IMG/VR virus record: IMGVR_UViG_3300042275_000095
Span: 27,110-91,109 of that record
Reading direction: 5' to 3' (one strand)
From: a virus
Taxonomy: Duplodnaviria > Caudoviricetes
DNA length: 64,000 bases
Below the pieces are notes generated by a model that saw nothing but the letters and a program-made list of their open reading frames with translations, was not told the DNA's origin and searched no databases. The translations under genes and the position numbers were made by a program. Of this stretch, positions 58,077 to 64,000 are shown in pieces. The first letter of the stretch is position 1; every line of letters starts with the position of its first letter.

Positions 58077-61000
58077 ATGAGATTTACAGGTGGTATGCAA
58101 CCTGATGCAAACATTTATGATTATGTAGATGGTACATGGGTTAATGCAAAGAATATAAGACGAGTTAATAATGTTATAGAAGTTGACTATGGCACTGTTG
58201 ATGTATCTACTATAGGTGGTGAAGTTGTTGGAGTATGTAATACTGGAACGGCGTTATATATATTCTCAAGTGAACAAACAGCAGGTAGAGATAGGATATC
58301 TAAATTTGATGGTACATCTGTAACTTTATTATTATATGCAGATTTAGACTTAACACCTAATGTTGAATTACAAGTAGTGTATAAATATAATGAAAAAGGT
58401 GAAGTTGTTTTAGCTTGGATTGATAGTATTAATAAACTTAAAGTTTTAAATATAGATAACTTACCATTCATAAACGGTATTGATCCTGTAACTAAAGAAT
58501 TATCCGTATCTTCAGATTTAGATTTAATTACAAATTGTCCAGTGTTTGACCAACCTACATTATCATTAAAATCAGAAGTAGATGGTATTTATAATGCAGG
58601 TGTTTATCAAGTATGCATTAGGTATAAATATAAAGATGTTATTACAAATTGGTCAGTATTGTCTAATAGAGTTATTATATTAGGAACTTCTAAAACTTTA
58701 AATTATTCTTCTTATAGTTATCATACGTTAAGAAGTTTATATAATGATAATGTTTATGGAATGTATCCTTATTTATTTAATAGCATTAATAATAAATCAT
58801 TAGAGCTGACATTATATGAATTAGATACATCATATCAATATATTGATATAGCTGTAATTAAATCTTTAGATGCTGGAGCATATGAAAGTACAGTAGGATT
58901 AATAACTAATATTAAAATAAACAACTATAGTGAATTTACAGTTAAATTATCAGGACGATATGATAGTTATACTGAATTAAGTGACATTTTAAATAAGTCA
59001 TATTCAATATTAGCTCCTAAGAGTATTACTAATTTCAGAGATAAATTATTAATTGGTAATTATTCATCTATTGACATTAATGATGACCCTAGAGATATAT
59101 TATCAAATTTAACTATAAATTGGAAAGCTGAAAAATCAAGTAGTAAAAGTGCAACTTTTCAATGGGGGGAAGTATATGCATTTTATGCAGCATATGTATA
59201 TGAAGATGGAACTAAAAGTCCGTACTTTCATATATACGGAAGAGAGCATGTATCTCCATATGATGATGATTTTAAAACATCTAATACTGCGTGGATGCCA
59301 CCGTTAACATCAGGTGATGATATAGTAGGTCAAATGGGAGCATGGCAAAATGATGATGAAGTGTACACAGATGGTGATTATGTAGGTGAAAACGTAAGAC
59401 ATCATAGATTTCCACATAAGAATTGGGCATTATCTACCGCTATAAGTGATGCAGGTTGGACAAATGAAGATACAAAGTTTGCAAAATTAGGTATAACTAT
59501 AGATTTATCAACTGTTACATTACCAAGTAATGTTAAAGGTATTTCAATAGGATATGCAAAACGTGATTTAAAAAATGCAACTGTTGTAGATGTAGGAATG
59601 GCAAGTCATGTAGAATATAAATTATATACTGATTTATCATTAGAATATAATGGTACAATGTTTAATTTCCCTATTGCATTTATTAATGGCTTTATACCAT
59701 CAAATCCATACATTGTAGGAGTTTATGATTATAAACATGAATTGGCAGCATGGACAACATCAGGAGAAATATCATTAATTTATAAACTAGAAGATAATGA
59801 ATCAACTGATAATACATTTAGACCTGATTGTTATTTCTTAGAACACACATCATATTATACTGAAAGTTCTCCTAGTCCTTATGTAGGGCACACAGTTCAA
59901 TTAATGAACAATATATCCAATATTTATAATCCTTATAGCAATCAAGAAATAGTAACATGTGCATATATTAAAAATGGAACAAGTAAAGCAATATATGAAG
60001 GTGATGTATATACATCATATGCTGTGATGCCAAAATATACATTAGTAGAACGTGAAGGTGGATTAGATGATGTTATACTTAGAGAACATAGGCAAGTCAT
60101 AATAACATCTCCGTTAATACCAGACTTAATGGAGTTTTCAGGATTACCTATGTACAATGATAATAGTATAAATGTGAACATGTTTGAAAAAGGGGTACAA
60201 ACATTATCATTTAATAGATTTTATATTAGACTAATGGGTTTACCTCAACTTCCATTAAGTGAAATATATGTAATGTTTGATGCATTAGTTAATCCAATAA
60301 ATGAATTTAAAAACTCCATAGTAATATCAGATATAGGAAACATAAATGATAATAAATGGTTACGATTTGATACATCTAACTATTATACGATGCCTAATAT
60401 AAATGGTAGTATTTATCAATTAATTACATATGGAAATGCTTTATATATACGAACTAATAGAAGTATATATATGGCTAAAATACGTGATACTTTTGATATG
60501 TCTAATGGGCAAGTAGGCTTAAAATCAGGTGAACTATTTGACCAATTACCACAAGAGTTAATACCTACCTCAACTGGATTTATAGCAGGTAATTCTAAAT
60601 TAGCAACAAGCATAACTAAAATAGGAGTTGTTATAGTTGACATTACAACATCAAGTATTTATATATTAGGTAATGAATTTGTAGATTTAACTATAACAAA
60701 TAAGGAATATTTTAAATGGCTATTCAATAATATATATGAAGGAGCTGTTAATAAACCAGTAAACAATGTGCATCTTTCTTCCCTTGAGGGAGCTAGTATA
60801 TGCTATGAATCAGCTTACAATCGTTTATTCATAACTCTTAATACTAAAGTATTAACTTTCGATGTTATGAGTAAACAGTTAATATCAGTATTCGACATTG
60901 AGCCAAATTACATATTTAGTTTACTAGGCAATAATACTCCTTATTATATATGTGGTAATTCAAATGATGGATTTAAAATTAAAAAATTATCTAACTCAAC

Positions 61001-61478
61001 TTATCCAGATGAAGCATATATTGAAGTATCTATTGCAGTTAAAGACTTACCTGTAATAGGTTTTAATAAGATAATGTGGAATACATTAGATGGTAATAAT
61101 AGTACAATAAAATCTATTTCAATATGGAGTGATTTAGCTGCAACTGGTGAAATAGATATAGTAACTGCGGATGTTACAATGGTTGATGATAATAATACTA
61201 TTGTTGGTAATACTACGTTTGATGTAAGTGGAATGTATAGCTTTAATGATATATTTGATAATGTAATAGATAAAGCTGTATCTATATTTACAAGTACTAA
61301 TAGATATCAAGTTGAAATAAACGATAGTAACATTAATATTAACAAAAGAGATACTGATATATTTGCAACTCATTTTAGGATTAGATTATATCTTAAGAAG
61401 TCAGGAGTTAGTATATCAAATAGAAATTGTAAACTTAGAAGTTTAGATATAATACTTAAATCATACACCTCAAAATAA
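58077..61478 (+). CDS. tail stabilisation (muzzle) protein (P22 gp10-like)
   Basis: 1133 aa, GGMQPD...NAKN start, GEVYAFY and VRHHRFP motifs. Confidence 0.82.
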   Translation: MRFTGGMQPDANIYDYVDGTWVNAKNIRRVNNVIEVDYGTVDVSTIGGEVVGVCNTGTALYIFSSEQTAGRDRISKFDGTSVTLLLYADLDLTPNVELQVVYKYNEKGEVVLAWIDSINKLKVLNIDNLPFINGIDPVTKELSVSSDLDLITNCPVFDQPTLSLKSEVDGIYNAGVYQVCIRYKYKDVITNWSVLSNRVIILGTSKTLNYSSYSYHTLRSLYNDNVYGMYPYLFNSINNKSLELTLYELDTSYQYIDIAVIKSLDAGAYESTVGLITNIKINNYSEFTVKLSGRYDSYTELSDILNKSYSILAPKSITNFRDKLLIGNYSSIDINDDPRDILSNLTINWKAEKSSSKSATFQWGEVYAFYAAYVYEDGTKSPYFHIYGREHVSPYDDDFKTSNTAWMPPLTSGDDIVGQMGAWQNDDEVYTDGDYVGENVRHHRFPHKNWALSTAISDAGWTNEDTKFAKLGITIDLSTVTLPSNVKGISIGYAKRDLKNATVVDVGMASHVEYKLYTDLSLEYNGTMFNFPIAFINGFIPSNPYIVGVYDYKHELAAWTTSGEISLIYKLEDNESTDNTFRPDCYFLEHTSYYTESSPSPYVGHTVQLMNNISNIYNPYSNQEIVTCAYIKNGTSKAIYEGDVYTSYAVMPKYTLVEREGGLDDVILREHRQVIITSPLIPDLMEFSGLPMYNDNSINVNMFEKGVQTLSFNRFYIRLMGLPQLPLSEIYVMFDALVNPINEFKNSIVISDIGNINDNKWLRFDTSNYYTMPNINGSIYQLITYGNALYIRTNRSIYMAKIRDTFDMSNGQVGLKSGELFDQLPQELIPTSTGFIAGNSKLATSITKIGVVIVDITTSSIYILGNEFVDLTITNKEYFKWLFNNIYEGAVNKPVNNVHLSSLEGASICYESAYNRLFITLNTKVLTFDVMSKQLISVFDIEPNYIFSLLGNNTPYYICGNSNDGFKIKKLSNSTYPDEAYIEVSIAVKDLPVIGFNKIMWNTLDGNNSTIKSISIWSDLAATGEIDIVTADVTMVDDNNTIVGNTTFDVSGMYSFNDIFDNVIDKAVSIFTSTNRYQVEINDSNININKRDTDIFATHFRIRLYLKKSGVSISNRNCKLRSLDIILKSYTSK

Positions 61479-61486
61479 TAATAGAC

Positions 61487-63121
61487 ATGGAACCGTTATC
61501 AATGATAAGTGCCGGAGTAGGATTAGGCATGAATGTGTATAATATGATACAACAACGTAAACAGCAAAAAGAAGCTGAAGCATTAGCTGATAGGCAACAA
61601 TTTGCAATTAATCAATCAGCAGATGCAGCTGAATTAGCTAGTTTTCAATCATCTATGGGTGGAACTACAATGTTTGCATTAGGTGGTAATAGTGAAGGCA
61701 ATGTAAGTTTTTATCCTGGTGAAATGCGCCTAAGTAAAGGGGTTAAGTTATTAACTGGCAATCCTCATGAGTTAGGTGGAATTAGTAAATTTCAAATGAC
61801 TAAAACAGGTATTCAATCTACAGATATAGAAGCTGAAGGTGGAGAAATAGAATTATCTACAAATGAAGGTAATTTATTAATTTCTAACAGACTTGCTCCA
61901 GCTAGTGGTAATTATGATAGTTATGCTAGTAAAGCTATACCTGTTGCACTAGAACATAATAAATATACAAGTAATTCTAAATTAGGTCAATTAGGTAGAA
62001 ATGCTGAAACTAGATTATCAAAAGGATTGAAATCTATTTATGATGAACAAGAAAGTCATAAAGAAGCTGAAGGTATTGAAACTAAAAAGATAATGTCAAC
62101 TGGTGGGCCTGATTGGGATCCTACATCACCTTTTTACAAAGCTCCTAATATGTTACAAAGTATTGACAATGTACCTATTCCACCACAAGTAACATTACAT
62201 AGTCGTAAGAATTTAAATAATTTACTTGCTACAACAAAATTTAATGCAATTGATGAATTATCAGAAGTTGAAAAAGATGTAACTAATAGTGCATGGTTAA
62301 CTAAAGATAATGAACCTGATTGGGATAGATTTGCAAAACTTGCAGATAATACAATAAAAACCGATCCTCTATTTGACAATGAAATATTAAATGATACACC
62401 TAATTTAGAACCAAATTGGATACCTGATTTAGATGCAGGAGATTATGCATTAGTTGGATTAAATGGTTTATCTCAAGGCATTGCAGCGTATGCAGCTAGT
62501 AAAGTTAAACCTATAAGACCACCTATGGGTAAAGCAGCATTAATCAATCCTAATCATCGTAATGATGCAGATAGAAGTCAATTAAATGCTGATTATTCTA
62601 AAGCTATGTCAGATATGGCTAACAAAGGTACAGATATATCACGTATGAGTTCTACATTGGCAGCGTTAAGTGATAGTAAAAATAAAGCTATGGCTAACTT
62701 ATCTGAAGATGAATATAATAAAACATTAAGCAATCATAGAATTAATTCTCAAATGGCTAATCAAATTATGTTACAAAATCAGCAATTGCAAGCTCAGTAT
62801 CTTAAAGATATTCAACAACATGAACTTAATACTATATCTAATTATAGTAAAGCTGCAACAGATACAATTAGTGGATTTGCAAATTTGAAAAACCAACAAC
62901 GTAATGTTGACCAAATGAATGCTGAATTAGATATAGCAGCTAGTGATAATAGACCTATGGTAGAAGCTTATAATATGATGAATAAGTATGGTCCTACAGC
63001 AGCTAATAATAAAGAAGTAGATTTAGAAGGATTTGAAACATATCTAAATACACAGAATTTAACAAATAGTCAACGTACATTATTACTTGATACATTTAAA
63101 ACTAAATTCAATATTCAATAA
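61487..63121 (+). CDS. putative internal virion (cargo/ejection) protein
   Basis: Gly/Ala-rich hydrophobic N-terminus, FALGG, GNPHELGG, EAEGGE, Gln-rich coiled coil. Confidence 0.65.
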   Translation: MEPLSMISAGVGLGMNVYNMIQQRKQQKEAEALADRQQFAINQSADAAELASFQSSMGGTTMFALGGNSEGNVSFYPGEMRLSKGVKLLTGNPHELGGISKFQMTKTGIQSTDIEAEGGEIELSTNEGNLLISNRLAPASGNYDSYASKAIPVALEHNKYTSNSKLGQLGRNAETRLSKGLKSIYDEQESHKEAEGIETKKIMSTGGPDWDPTSPFYKAPNMLQSIDNVPIPPQVTLHSRKNLNNLLATTKFNAIDELSEVEKDVTNSAWLTKDNEPDWDRFAKLADNTIKTDPLFDNEILNDTPNLEPNWIPDLDAGDYALVGLNGLSQGIAAYAASKVKPIRPPMGKAALINPNHRNDADRSQLNADYSKAMSDMANKGTDISRMSSTLAALSDSKNKAMANLSEDEYNKTLSNHRINSQMANQIMLQNQQLQAQYLKDIQQHELNTISNYSKAATDTISGFANLKNQQRNVDQMNAELDIAASDNRPMVEAYNMMNKYGPTAANNKEVDLEGFETYLNTQNLTNSQRTLLLDTFKTKFNIQ

Positions 63122-63150
63122 TATAATCACTTATTTAAATAAAATATATT

Positions 63151-64000
63151 ATGGCAGATATAGTTAATAGCATGTCAATATTACCTCAAGCTCCACAGGT
63201 AAATATGCAAACATATACAAATGCATTTGATACTAATAGAGCAACATATGCTGAAAATAAAATGCTATATGAAAAAGCTAGAATTCAAATGGCAAAAGAC
63301 GAACAATCTGTTGCACCTATTAAAGACTATCAAGATTCAGTAGTAAATGCGTGGAATCAAACATTTGGTAGTATAAATGAATCTATTGAAGCTGGTGATT
63401 TTATTGGTTTAGACGGTATTATTGATAAAGCTGCTTTAGATTACGCTACTGATTGGAATTTAAATACAGCTAAATATAATACTATAAAACACCAAGAATT
63501 TAGAAAACAAGCATTAACTAATGAAAAAGATAAACATAGTTGGCAAACTGAATTATTATTAAGAACTCAACAATTACCAAATAAAGATCCTAAAACAGGT
63601 AAATTAGAACGAGTTGGTGAATATAATTATGGGGCTGATTATTTTGATATGACAACTGCCCAAGCTAAGTTGTTTAGTGCAGCTAAAGAAGATTTTAAAG
63701 ATGCATCTAGAACAGATATAGAAAATATGAAATTTGTAACTGTATCTGATATATCAAATTATGATGGTGAAATGGCATATAATTTTGGACTTATTACAGG
63801 AAGTACTGCTAAATACGATGCTACTAATAAAGTAATGTATATACAATATGATGAACATTCATATGGTACAATGGGTAATGGATTAGCTAAAGTATCTGAA
63901 ATAAATAATGCTAAAGCTCAAGCTATTTATTCTATAATATCACATGACCATGATGCAATAGCTTACTTTAAATCAATGGCTGATTTATTAACTGCGGATG
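63151..64000 (+). CDS. putative cargo protein (runs off window end)
   Basis: ATG at 63151, frame MADIVNSMSILPQAPQVNMQ... open to the end of the window. Confidence 0.75.
   Translation, partial: MADIVNSMSILPQAPQVNMQTYTNAFDTNRATYAENKMLYEKARIQMAKDEQSVAPIKDYQDSVVNAWNQTFGSINESIEAGDFIGLDGIIDKAALDYATDWNLNTAKYNTIKHQEFRKQALTNEKDKHSWQTELLLRTQQLPNKDPKTGKLERVGEYNYGADYFDMTTAQAKLFSAAKEDFKDASRTDIENMKFVTVSDISNYDGEMAYNFGLITGSTAKYDATNKVMYIQYDEHSYGTMGNGLAKVSEINNAKAQAIYSIISHDHDAIAYFKSMADLLTAD

Larger units (their letters stand above)
1..64000. other. crAss-like phage (Crassvirales) genome segment
   Basis: Gene order PD-(D/E)xK nuclease - TerL - portal - acidic scaffold - MCP - ring/auxiliary proteins ... IHF-like - tail tubular - tail stabilisation - cargo. 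Divergent replication arm with PolB, primase, UDG and SF1 helicase. No host housekeeping genes. Confidence 0.92.

Noticed and set aside
4243-62379. Short opposite-strand ORFs nested in long genes (e.g. 5297-5641, 18754-19110, 20914-21324, 58187-58471)
   Set aside because: Shadow ORFs antisense to well-supported genes, with Ser/Leu/Ile-rich composition typical of reverse-frame translation.
28157-64000. Stop-codon reassignment (TAG=Gln or TGA=Trp), common in some crAss-like phages
   Set aside because: TerL, portal, MCP, muzzle and PolB are full length in the standard code, TAG and TGA end genes at sensible boundaries, and no suppressor tRNA was seen.

Overview
This AT-rich 64-kb window is a large part of a crAss-like (Crassvirales-type) bacteriophage genome that uses the standard genetic code. 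The host is probably a Bacteroidota, based on TTG-N20-TAnnTTT(G/A) promoters. The left arm (1-27.4 kb, minus strand) holds a replication module (DnaG-like primase, probable SSBs, RecT-like annealing protein, degenerate SF2 helicase, family B DNA polymerase, family-4 UDG, Dda/RecD-like helicase) and about 40 small accessory ORFs with several structured intergenic elements. A non-coding divergence region (27.4-28.15 kb) contains a 235-nt G-free tract. The right arm (28.2-64 kb, plus strand) holds a GroES-like ORF, an HU/IHF-like ORF, a PD-(D/E)xK nuclease, a DUF5675-type L,D-peptidase, terminase, portal, scaffold, major capsid protein, ring/tail/fibre proteins, holin-like genes, the tail stabilisation (muzzle) protein and the first cargo proteins. 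The most notable observations are: (1) a translationally coupled membrane-anchored GAF protein plus an intact stand-alone CheY-like receiver beside the lysis genes, behind a back-to-back promoter pair; (2) a dispersed 22-25-bp hairpin/polypurine/GATGC motif in at least 7 copies; (3) two anticodon-less tRNA-like RNA elements with covarying stems; (4) several further candidate ncRNAs and mirrored G-free tracts. All protein assignments come from motif recognition and synteny by eye, not from database searches.
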